From Marsupella aquatica (taxonomy: Eukaryota > Plantae > Marchantiophyta), in NCBI GenBank assembly GCA_973895155.1, contig OZ316897.1:20736260-20800259 (forward strand): DNA of 64,000 bases, in the 5' to 3' direction. Positions within the stretch are counted from its first letter, which is position 1; each line of letters starts with the position of its first letter. Below are positions 51,879-63,140 of this stretch, in pieces. The position numbers were made by a program, and so were the translations under genes. The notes under the pieces are model-generated. The model had not been told where the DNA came from. It worked only from the letters and a program-made list of their open reading frames with translations, and ran no database searches.

Positions 51879-53338
51879 ATGTTCGCTCGAGCTGGTAGAC
51901 TAGCGATTGCTGCCTCGCGCAGGCAATTGCGCGTATTGGAGCGTCGAGTGGCAGTCCCTACTACTGGGTTTGCTCCTGATTGGACATCAGCATCGCCTTT
52001 GTGCATGAGGAGGTTGGTCTAGCAACATATTAGTGGGGAATGGTTGTGTATTGACACAAGCATGGACTTTTGGCTTCTTTCTGTTGGACTTGGAGTTCTT
52101 ACTCTGCTGTTTTCTTCGCAATTGAGAAAGGTTTTCTGATGAACAGGAATGCCTAACGTGGTTGGTGTTGCTGGACGTCGTAGAGACAATGCACGGAGTA
52201 TGACCACGGATGTTGGAGGCTACCCCGCAAATGAGGAGCGCAGGCGCCGCCTTAACAGGTAGAACCTCTGAGCCGGTCTCTTTCCGTCGCAATGCAGCTT
52301 ATTCCAATCAACCGATTTGGTGGTCTCTCTTACAGTTGCCAGTTCCTTTCGAAATGTACCGATTTGGTAGCTTCTTGGCGGTGACTTCAATTTACAATTC
52401 TGTACTGGTGGTTTATGTGTCGGGATGTATCTTCTTCGACGTCTGTTGACATCCAGAGTCCTCGACTTGCTCTTTAAGCTGGAACTCACAATTGTGGAGC
52501 TTACGCAGGATATTGTATAGGAGTAGGCAGCGTGGTTATCTTGAGCTTGATCTACTGCTTGGCAAGTGGGCCACTGATAACATCGAGCAGCTAGATGAGA
52601 AAGGGCTAGGAGCACTTGTTGAAGTTTTGGAGGAGGTAATTAAACCTGTTCGTCCACATTTTAGGGCATGTCTTTAGACTTTCGGCAATAGTGATGGTCT
52701 TTGTGATCAGTGCCATCAGGCGTCCATTGAAATGGTGAACACACGACAAGGTGTACGTTGTCTTGTCGTTACCAAAGTTTTATTTCCTGTGACCAACTCT
52801 CGTTAATGTATCAATCTGACACTTCTGGTTGTATCAAGCCTCTTATTAGTTCGATTTCTTGGCAGTTTTGAAAGTTGCTAATCACTTCTGCCAAATTGGA
52901 CACTCAATCTGCAAGTTGATCTGCTGTCTTGAACAATTTTGAAACTGGAAACAACTTTTGGTTACACTATTGCAGGAGAATCCTGATTTACTAAGTTGGA
53001 TCACTGGTCAAATCGAGGCACCAGAAAATATCGCGAGGAATCCAGTGCGTATTCTAGTCAACCTTGAGTTTCTTATTTCTGTCTTACATCAATTTGATTT
53101 TCATTATTAGTACAGAGTGCCCTTTTACAATTATGCGGACGGGCAGTGAACAACTCTGAAAGCCAGTGGTTCGGTCATGTCGAGTTGTCTACAGGTCTTT
53201 TCTGCAATTCACAAAGAAGTGTCTGAGAGGCTGAAAAATCACTCGTCAACAGCGACCAGGGCACAACCAGGTCAGCCTTGGGTTCGTGGTTGGGATGATA
53301 ACAGGAAGGTTGGCGGCCCTCAAGTTGGAAATCAATAA
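51879..53338 (+). CDS. SDHAF2: Succinate dehydrogenase assembly factor 2, mitochondrial
   Basis: Arg-rich presequence; RILYRSRQRGYLELDLLLGKW, ENPDL..WITGQ, PWVRGWDD, GPQVGNQ*; 5 exons, exon-2 acceptor inferred at ~52183. Confidence 0.93.
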
Positions 53339-54488
53339 ATGGAGCAGGTATAATAATTCTAATCGTGCAATTATGCACGGTACAATTTTCTGAACCGGCG
53401 GGACCAAACCGAACAATTCTCCTTGACGTGAAACCCTCCATTTTGACAGCATATTGATTGTTGATGCCTTCAGTGAAACCCTTGTAAAGCCGTTGTAATT
53501 CCGAGCTTGATTCTCCGTCCTCACACTGAGAAAGGAGCAGGACCGGAAGTTCATTTGATTCAGCTCAAATTGAAGCGCAACCATTTCCCCCCTTTCTTGG
53601 CAGATGGATATATGCTTCGCTTGGTACAATCCTAGATGGCATGATAGATCCAGTGACATGAGGACCTGATGTTGTAGTTGATCAATCAGACGGCTTGTGT
53701 TCTCCAGTTCTAGAAAAGCCCAGCTAGGGGACTGATGACTTGTGGGCCATGCACCCCGTAGTTTTTACAGTATTATAGGTCTATCGATTCATGAGCTCAA
53801 ATAGTTTTTACATCGAGAACGAGGCTGTGACGCATTGTCTAGGGTTCTGTTACAGAATCGGAGGATGCCTCTTACTTGGTTTCCTTGAGCATTGCTGTGG
53901 GTAAAGGTACTCTAATTTACGAACTAAAATTCTGGACAGGGCTCACATATCTGCTTGGCTGAGAATTGGAGGAGAAGACTAGATCATTATAGCAAGTGGG
54001 AAGTTTTCACATACGGATTTAATTTGTACATTTTCTCATAAGGATGACCTACTTATCGAGCAGACAAATAGATTGAAGTTCGTAGCTTAAGGACGTACTC
54101 GCGGAAAACATCTTCAGAGGCTGAATTGATCGAATCGAATGTGTTGACCAAGGAATATTGAGGCAAGTTGATCAAATCCACGATGCAGAAGAGTGAATGA
54201 GAGGTGATTCGAAATTGGGAGGGCCGTGCCATGAAAATGAGACTTTATCTTCCTCATATGCAGTGGAGTACGTTTAGACGCTACAAATTCGAAGCGACGA
54301 TTAGTCTGGAGAGAGAAAACGTCGGCCTTGGGTGAGATCCTTCAATTCCGAACAAGAATTTGTTTGGCCCCGATGGCTTAGCAAACATTGGTGGAGAAAA
54401 GAAAACGATAGAAATCAAGAGTAGTACATTTGGGCAGTTGATCAGCCAGAGGGGGGACAAGTACTAGCAGAGTGCTGCCTGTATCTGC

Positions 54489-54893
54489 TTGAAAGAAGAT
54501 ACACATTGAGCGATAAGAAAATCATGGACCTCTCAGCCTGAGGAACAGAGGAGGATGCAGTAGCGCTGATGAAGTCAGCAATCTAGGCTCTCGAACTTCC
54601 AGCAATTCAGTGACGTGGAAAGATTGATCATTGTAAATTGATACAATGATACAAGTTCGACCTAGGCTGGAAACGAGGCATCTCGAAAATTGAAGGAAGA
54701 TACACATTGAGCGATAAGAAAATCACGGACCTCTCAGCCTGAGGAACAGAGGAGGATGCTGTAGCGCTGATGAACTCAGCAATCTCGGCTCTCTAACTTC
54801 CAGCAATTCAGTGACGTGGGAAGAATGATCATTGTAAATTGATACAACGATACAAGTTCGACCTAGGCATTATGGAAATGAGGCATCTCGAAA
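54489..54893. repeat. Near-identical ~201-bp tandem duplication
   Basis: GAAGATACACATTGAGCGATAAGAAAATCA at 54495 and 54696 with high identity throughout. Confidence 0.9.
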
Positions 54894-55039
54894 CTTAGTC
54901 CAAGATGTCATCTCTTAGTTGACATATTGGTATGTTTTATCTTCATCCGCGAGATCTCACGAATACTTCAATCACATACTTGGTGGCAGCCTTGGAGCAT
55001 AATAGACACGATGCGGGTTTTGCTTCAGATCCTGGCCGA

Positions 55040-56770
55040 ACTATCATGCATAACGGAGGAGATGAGAATTGTACCGAACAAAAAACCAATTTACCTGCTG
55101 GGCTGTGAGAGATTTTTGCCAATTTGAGTGCGGTGGGGAAACTTGTATAACAGAACGGCGATTGATGTTCGACACAATCAACCTGGCTGCACTTCTTATA
55201 CGTCTTTGGTGTTCAGATATTTGATGTGCTGAAGGGTATCGATATTTGGACACCCACCTTCCAGATTAAATTGACAAACTGGCTTGACGAGGTATTATGT
55301 CAAGTTAGGCCCCAGATCAACCAGAATGATTTCTGCCATTCAAATCCAGAGTTTTATTGCAGAACAAAAGGTATCGTCACTTGCTCCTCGTTCATAATGA
55401 TCCCCGGATCTCAACCTGTGAGTTGTCTTCGTTACGCTTACAAACTATCGACAGCAACCCAACACTATCACACACAGGGCAGGGTTTCCGGCTTACGAAC
55501 TCTTGAAGACCTTGTTCACAACCCTTTGCCACATAGTAGCTAGGTGTAAACGCCGGTAACGTCATTCTCAATTCTCAATTTTGAACTTCATCAAACTTAA
55601 AAGCGGAGTGTGTGGGAATAATTCCAGCGAAGGTCTTCGAGGCTAAGGGTTGAACAAATCCATGAGAAATTCAAGGACCTCAAGGTAAGGTTTCCTTTGC
55701 CACATAGTAGCTAGGTGTAAACGCCGGTAACGTCATTCTCAATTCTCAATTTTGAACTTCATCAAACTTAAAAGCGGAGTGTGTGGGAATAATTCCAGCG
55801 AAGGTCTTCGAGGCTAAGGGTTGAACAAATCCATGAGAAATTCAACGACCTCAAGGTAAGGTTTCCTTCGCTGACCTCCAGTATCAAAACTTCATCAATG
55901 TAGCGACAGGACCGATAACTGTGTGGCAAAAGCTTCAATTCCATTACCTCAACTACGAAATTCAAAACGAAAAGTTGTGGTGCTTCAGACGGAAGATTGC
56001 CTAATGAAGATCGCTTCTTTACTTCAGTCAAATCTTTTCAGTCACTAGTAGAGTATATGTTCAAAGTTCATCGAATTCAAAAATCATGATACAAGGATCT
56101 GGCCACTCAACCGAAAGAATGTTGAAGAACGAGGAACGTCACGAGCTATTCCAGTGAATTTTCCTCGTCCCCTGACATTCTACTGGAGATACCCTGGGAG
56201 AGTAAGTTCCGCCTCCAAGCAGAGGCTCCCGAATTAGGTTGGCCCTCCGTCTCAGGGTTTCACCTCCGTAGGGAAAGGGATGAAACAAATCTCTAGGTCC
56301 ATCTAAGAGGACAACAACTCTTGCGAGCAGAGGGAGATGAAACGTTATCGAACAGTAGTAATTCTTCGCCAGCATCTCTGACTGGTAGATATAGGCGGCA
56401 AAACTTTCACGCTAGTACCTGTCATTCGGTGGCCGTTGTTATGCTTTCAAATGGCTCTACTAAATTACCCTTAACAGAAGATACTTCGTGAGTTCATATG
56501 CTACTCCTCAATTCTTCCAAACGGACTAGACAAACTGACCATACCTTCCACTCCGTAACGCCGCCTGAATCCCCGAACTCACCAATCCCGTCCAACCAAA
56601 GGGTGGAGGTTTTTCCCAAGAGCGGCCTGCTCAAAAAGGAAATTGGGCCCCTCAGACAGGGTAGCTGTAATCTCCTCAGGTTTGAATGAGGGCCAATTTC
56701 TCTTCCGTAAGGGTCTGATAAATCGACTCGAATTGTAAGAATCTAATACGGTCTGCGCCAAACTCAAGTT
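55040..56770 (-). pseudogene. Possible decayed F-box-type gene fragments
   Basis: Broken frames ICSTLSLEDLRW, CDSVGLLSIV and YLLFCN loosely resemble plant F-box / F-box-associated segments; weak. Confidence 0.2.
55523..55868. repeat. Near-perfect 171-bp tandem duplication
   Basis: CCTTTGCCACATAGTAGCTAGG at 55523 and 55694; only a couple of differences visible. Confidence 0.92.
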
Positions 56771-56853
56771 TCTCTACAATTCTGAACAGTCAGAAGTTCT
56801 ATGACCTTGATTTGAAGGTCTAAATGACGTTCACACACATGGGTATGTACCCC

Positions 56854-58251
56854 TTATTCGATCTTTGAGTCCCGGTTGTACGACATGTTTACAGTGTGAT
56901 CGAGATGGGTTTTGATCGCTGCAATGTAGCCCGCAACGTCCTTGTAATCAACGCTGTACTTCTCACACAAGCGGGCAATAATCGGTTGCAGCTTCGGGAG
57001 ATGACAATGATTAACAATCGGGAACAAATGATGTTCAATCTGGTAGTTCAATCCCCCACTGAAGATGAAGCAGAATTTGTTTCTCACCCCAAAATTCTGG
57101 GCAGTGACCACCTGGTGTTTGAACCAATCCTTATCCTCAGCATGCGCAGCATCGGGGGTCAGGTGGTTGATCTGTGTGTTCATCATGAACAAAAAAGAAA
57201 ACCAGAGGTATGGAATAATGGCGAATGCAAAGCACCGAATCCACGAGTCAAAAACAAAAAATGGCCAACTATGAACCACTACAACTGTAGCAACACGTCC
57301 AAATATATGCATGGCAAGCCTCATCCCGCTGATCTCTTTCATGGGGACAGTTTCATTGTAGACTTTAGACATCAGCATCGAGAGGTCTTCCATCGTGGTC
57401 ATACCAAACTCAACGGCGACAGACCACCGAATGAAAGTGAATCTCGCATGTCTTTGCTTCTCGTGATTAGGAACCCACTCCACGCTCTTGTGCTCTCTTT
57501 TCGTCCAGTAATGGTGCAGCAAATCTGGATCCCGGTCTCCAATATTCGGATAACTGTGGTGTCCAATGTTGTGTTGATGGTACCATGTGAAAGGGCTTGA
57601 GAAGTGGGGCCAGACGTAGGGGACGAAAGCGTTCACTCTCCAATTATGGTGCAGGGAAAAGTGTGCGGCATCATGAAATGTGTTCACTCCCACGACCCAC
57701 ACGCTGAGTGGAAGCAGGAAAAGGGAGGCCCATTCACCACGCAGAAAGCTGATAGTTGCGTAAAGAAACAAGACGGCCATGATGGCTATCTCTAACCATC
57801 GTGATGGCGTGGCTTTCGTTGCTTCACGGATCGAAATACCTCTTCGTTTGGCTTCGATCTCGAAGTACTCCTTGACTTGGAATCGGACAGCTTCCCCGAA
57901 CTCGCTCTTCCAAATGAACTGGTGTTCGGGAATGCCATGCTGCTCTTCGAGAGTCAAGTACGCCTGTGATTGAGTCTCGCTCACCTCATACTTCTCCAAA
58001 ATTGCGTCAAGAATCTTCCGGTGGGTGAATGGATGGTGGCTCTCGAACATCACTGTCCCATCTCTGCTCGCAGCCAGCCCCAAAGCTACAGGGCCCCCGG
58101 GATGCAGCTTCTCGAAATCCGTCAGGTCATACCATTTATTGTGAATCTTTGTCACGAGCCTGCCTTTCGGCAACGTGTTCTCTAGGCTCCCCCTGTGCTT
58201 AGTGCTCACATGCCGGCCCTTCGGCTGCACGGTGGTCGTTGAAGAATGCAT
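56854..58251 (-). CDS. Cytochrome b5-fused front-end fatty acid desaturase (delta5/delta4-like His boxes)
   Basis: HPGG heme motif and His boxes HDAAH, QHNIGHH, QIEHH in one uninterrupted ORF; first in-frame ATG at 58251 (listed ORF starts at TTG 58293); TATA-like element ~58515 on the minus strand. Confidence 0.93.
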   Translation of the reverse strand: MHSSTTTVQPKGRHVSTKHRGSLENTLPKGRLVTKIHNKWYDLTDFEKLHPGGPVALGLAASRDGTVMFESHHPFTHRKILDAILEKYEVSETQSQAYLTLEEQHGIPEHQFIWKSEFGEAVRFQVKEYFEIEAKRRGISIREATKATPSRWLEIAIMAVLFLYATISFLRGEWASLFLLPLSVWVVGVNTFHDAAHFSLHHNWRVNAFVPYVWPHFSSPFTWYHQHNIGHHSYPNIGDRDPDLLHHYWTKREHKSVEWVPNHEKQRHARFTFIRWSVAVEFGMTTMEDLSMLMSKVYNETVPMKEISGMRLAMHIFGRVATVVVVHSWPFFVFDSWIRCFAFAIIPYLWFSFLFMMNTQINHLTPDAAHAEDKDWFKHQVVTAQNFGVRNKFCFIFSGGLNYQIEHHLFPIVNHCHLPKLQPIIARLCEKYSVDYKDVAGYIAAIKTHLDHTVNMSYNRDSKIE

Positions 58252-59735
58252 TGCGGAAACAATGAACCACCAAGCCAATCCAAATCCAACCAACGACTGT
58301 GTTGGTCCAAATGACGACTAACCACTCTGTACTTCGACTGTACTCACGAGTGCCGCTCGCCACCACCCAATTCAGATTCGGGTTCCTCGTTCCTACTCCT
58401 GCTCCAAAATAAATGCGTTCTCAACGATTACAGTTGCTTCACCAATCTCCTCTTCAGCTTCAGAGGATTCAAACATTCAGACTAAAGTTGCTTCACCAAG
58501 CTTCAAACGAGAATATATAGACCCACGATCAACTATTACATTCTGCGCAAGTGGAGTGGAGTTCAAGCCGCCAGCACTGTGATCGAGAAGACCCACAAGC
58601 TTCGATCACACGAGTCGTCATGTTACATCATGAGAGCTTCCCAGAATTGGAATCCAAATTTGGATCCTCTGCTGCTCCAACCGATTCCCTACGGCCACCT
58701 CGCAGAACGAGCAAACTTGACGACCACTCCAGACGTACAAAGCAGAATTCTGCGCGCTACGGTGGCGATTCGCGCCTTCTTTTCTCGCGTGTGCGTCATC
58801 CGATCGCTTTGCAACATTGTCGAATTAAATGATAGATGACTGCGCTGGCAGACTTCACATCCTCACCAAGTCAGCAACGCGTTCGTTGCTTTGCTGTCCT
58901 TGACAAAACACAACTACTGGACTGTGATTGACAATCACTCTCTACCGGGGGGCCGTGCAACAAACAGATAGTAACGTTGAATTGCTGGCTTTTTAAATGA
59001 ATTTCAATCGGTTTTTCTGGAGGGAAAGCCGAACAAACCGACTGCAATGCGAAGCCGATGAGGGATTGTGGAATCAGAGAAGTTTTACTTCTAATTGAAT
59101 CGTCCAGACTTTCGAGACCGATGACGCAGAGTGGAAATCAGGGTGATTCTTAAGGAAATTTTCTTTTTCGCGAGCTGACCAATTTACCTTGTTAAAATGA
59201 TGGAGAAGAGGCTAAGAATACTTGTTATCAACTTTCCCTCGATGACGGTCAGGTCTCCCTAGATTACGTTAAATGTAATCATCAAATTCTGGCTATGATT
59301 CGAAGAAAAAGAATAGTTGCTAATTTCGCCAAATGTTGTGAATACATGTCATGTCATTGAAGTATAATTTGGCTGATTTTCGCCACCAAAGCAAAGCTAT
59401 GGAGTGTGGGCCTACCACTATAAGGTACGAACGAATGCCACGTTTAATTTTTCCCACATCCTGGCCCGGTAAAGAATTTGCCGCAGGATCTCTACCGGTA
59501 CTAGAACTTGATGGGCTCCACTCGCGGCGGCTTTTTTCTCAAGCAAGGTGCGGGCCCAACTGAAATCTTTTGTGAGGTGGTGGGCGCTTTCATTGGCAAC
59601 GCTCTCTGATCCATAGATCATTCTTTTAATACTTTGAATAGTGTAGAATAACTTGTGTTTCATACACTAGTCAATGTGAATCAAATAAAATATATTTTAT
59701 TTTGAACAAGTCAAAATATGTATATCTTTTCACTT

Positions 59736-60042
59736 GTTTTCTTTTTCCTGGTTTAGTGTTTATTCCTTTCGACCTCTTTTTCTTTTTCCTGGTTTGGTGT
59801 TTATTCCTTTGGACCTCTTTTTCTTTTTCCTTTCATGGTACTTTGTTTACTGATTTATAAATTTTGGTTGAAGTTATATCTTAGAACGGGAGAGCTCATT
59901 TCAGTGTCGTCGCTTCCCTCGTTGTCAACAAGAAGTGATACACGACGAGTTGGATCGCATCGGCTCGAGCTCATTTCAGTGTCGTCGCTTCCCTCGTTGT
60001 CAACAAGAAGTGATACACGACGAGTTGGATCGCATCGGCTCG
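59736..60042. repeat. 41-bp tandem repeat (59736-59830) and perfect 75-bp tandem duplication (59892-60042)
   Basis: TCTTTTTCCTGGTTT at 59740 and 59781; GAGCTCATTTCAGTGTCGTCG at 59892 and 59967. Confidence 0.9.
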
Positions 60043-61037
60043 GCTCGGCCTCGAAGGATTCTGTTGTTGGTGAGTTGTGGGTAGTTATGCTTTCACTTCC
60101 TTGTCTTTGTTTCATTGCTGCTGGCTGGTCCTGCTCCTTATTCATGCTTCTTCGTCACTGTTCGTAGTCGTGACTCTTCGCGTTATGGGGTCAATCATCT
60201 TGTGCACGTTTTTCCGCTTCTAGATCTTGTCTGCGTTCGTTTTCGGTAATTCTTCGATCAATCTGTATCGTGTACTCTCGTCTCTAGGTCGCTTCGTCGA
60301 CGGCTTTCTGCCCGACTCGTTCCCTTTCAGTTTCTCCACTCTCGTGTGTCGATAGTTTTTTGTGGCCTGTGGTTTCGATTCTGGCTGTTAGCCATGTATC
60401 CCTTCCGTCGGATTCGACACCCCTTTACTTGTTTGTCCGTGTACTTCCCTTAGGAGAAAGTAGCGCGGCTAGAATTACGTTCTCTGTGTTGTTTTCTAGA
60501 TCTTTGCGTCTGTTATTTTCTGGAGCATTCTTCTGTGCCATCGAAGCTCACACAAAGGGTAGTGTAGACTTGCTGGATTTCTCAGGGACCCCCTGTTTCG
60601 CTATAGTTGACTCGATACTGCGATCACTTTTATGACTTGATCTGCCATCTTTGCTCTGATCAGAGCACTTGGATGGTATTACTACTTGTGGTTCGTAAGT
60701 GGGAATTCATGGCGACCCGACAGTTCAGCTGCTGTGACGCCCACACTCTTCGTGCTATCCTTGTACCAAACTGACGACGGGTTTCCTCCGGAGCTTGTCT
60801 TGTGATCCGCCGCACACAACGTATCATGGCTGTCGTAGCTCCCGAGACTTGTAGTTCACTTATCGTTCTCCTCAGTCCTCTTGTTGTTACGCTTTTGCTG
60901 TTCGTCTATTTGCATGCTCATGAAAGGATGAAGGAAATGAGAGAGTTGCTCTTTAGTCTGTCAAAGTCCAATGTTCTGTTTCGTGGTGATGGTGCTTTGT
61001 TTATGGTTGATTTAGTGTTAAGGACAAGCTTCACATG

Positions 61038-61360
61038 TGTTGGAATTGTCAAGAGCATGGTCCGGCTACGAATTGAACCTAGGACCTCCTGCGTATATTC
61101 TACCTCCCGTGTATATTGTATGCTCTACCACTGAACATTCATCAGTTGAGTGTGGTTCATTTCTAGCACCCTCCCTTGAGCCACACTCGCCACAAGTGAA
61201 ACTCCTGATCTTTGGCTCTGATATCATGTTGGATTTGTCAACAACATGGATTGGCTAGGAATGGATTGGCTAGGAATTAAACCTAGGAACTCCTGTGTAC
61301 ATTGTAGTGCTCAATGATGCATGTATCCTTCATCAGTTTGAGTGTGGTTCATTTCCAACA
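61038..61360 (-). mobile_element. Complete TRIM (miniature non-autonomous LTR retrotransposon) with tRNA-derived LTRs
   Basis: On the minus strand: 5' LTR 61360-61227 (TGTTGGAAATG..TCCAACA), PBS TGATATCAGAGCCA 61226-61213, PPT AAGGGAGGG 61177-61169, 3' LTR 61168-61038 (TGCTAGAAATG..TTCCAACA). TSD ACATG at 61033-61037 and 61361-61365. Confidence 0.9.
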
Positions 61361-63140
61361 ACATGTGTTACAAGTGTCATTGATGGTGGCGTGCTCCGAT
61401 GGAAGTAGATGGACCTGGCAGTCTAGCCACAGTCCAATTGCGATAATGGGCTTGACAACTGCCTCTACAATTGTAGACAACGTCACTTATCAGGTTCTTA
61501 CCATAAAGACCTTTTGTACTGATGTCTTGATTGTACAGATTCAAGATGGACCACACTGACAAGAGGAAGGATGAGAAAGGTTGCTTCCATCGAGGCCTCA
61601 ATGCATGGTGAGTTGCCGATGTCACCTACAACTCTGCCTCATAAATAGAACCGTGCTTGTATGAATGGCCCTGCCAAAGCTAACCTTTCTCCACTGGATT
61701 GAAGTGCATTGTGCAGTGAAAACCCACCATTGACGCCAATCCTTTCGTTGCAGTTGCCATCCATGGCTCCTTCTTCGTCCACTGTATGAGTGGGAGCTAA
61801 CATTGCTCCACTCGAAGATGTAACCCACTATCATGGCTCTTATTTCTCACACATCTGAGACCCAGAAACACTAAAAGTCGGGAAATTCGTTGGGAAGTAG
61901 TTGGGAATCGTTCGATGCGTTGGGTGTTGATTTGTACATCAATCCCGTGCTCTAGGCGGTTTAACATATTCTTTCTAAGGATAGAATTTCGTTTCCGTTT
62001 TCACTGGCAGGGGTCTTCACTACATCGGAGCACGAGTGAGGCTGCGCCTGCTTTCATTTGCTCTTTATCAAATTCGAAATTGGAACCTCTTAGCCAAAGC
62101 TTGGGCAGGCAGTAGCAAGTCCCTTTCTAGGTGCTATGCGAGGCTGTTGGAGTCTTTAGCCAGGCACGATGAACCCATCGAAGTCGATGGACGCCGAAAT
62201 TTTATCCAGTGTAGTTGTGCTGACCACTTCGCTTATTCTTGCGATTTTAAATTCCAAAGTCTCGGACCCTTGGCCTCTTCACCCTATCAATCCCGTGAGT
62301 ATTTTATCTTTTCACTCATTCTTGTGGCACCTTCCGCTCTGAAATACTTCTACAATGGAAATCAGAAACGCTAGCTTTCTCCAAGAGAAGACTCCTCTAC
62401 AGATTTGCTGTATGCGTGACTTTCTTATGTTGGTTTGGTGGCAGCAGCATCGGCCAATCCTTGAATCCCAAACTGAAAGCTGAAATCGACAAACTGTAAA
62501 TCGACATAAGACGGATTTCAAGAAGTCGAACAAAGTTCACAGGGAACCTTTCCAAACCTCACGGGTGAACACATGTACCCCACGGGTGAAAGATCACAGC
62601 TTTTGAAACTTCGCCAGACTACAACCGTTCTCGGCCTCAAGTGACATGATTTTATTATACTCATATAAATAAACTAGCGCCCTCTAAGACAAATTACTAA
62701 CACTAACCAGAGGATGGGACGTAGAATGCAAAGTTCTCTTGTAGAACATTTCTGCACATGAATTCAAGACAAGCTATAAATATGACTTTTGTCCTTTGCA
62801 TCGTTTCCCAATCAGTGATAGGATCTCCGTGTAATTTCTCCACTTGTGGGTTCGTAAGTAGAGTACAGCATAGTAACTAGCTTCATGGTTACTACCCTTT
62901 CGTGGTTGCTGGCTAGACGGATTCCGCCCACAACTTTGTTTCTTGGCTATACTATCCCACAATACCTTCAAATCCTGCACGGCAGGCATCCACCCATCGG
63001 GTCGAGAATTGAGGAACTAGCCTGCTGAAGCGGTTCCATCAATTGAGTGAACCGAAATTTTGGCGTGACATTTTCATCATTTAGACTACTTATGCCCAGC
63101 GATTCATCAAGAGATCTGAAGAATCTCTCGGCCCTGGAAT

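Noticed and set aside
54560-54800. CTGATGA motifs as hammerhead ribozyme or C/D snoRNA
   Set aside because: No properly placed GAAA with stems and no convincing D box with terminal stem; the same applies to the CTGATGA in the TRIM LTRs.
56896-57600. 234-aa plus-strand ORF
   Set aside because: Antisense shadow of the desaturase CDS.
61058-61150. Functional tRNA-Val(TAC) gene
   Set aside because: Acceptor and anticodon stems do not pair, there is an internal duplication, and it lies inside an LTR.
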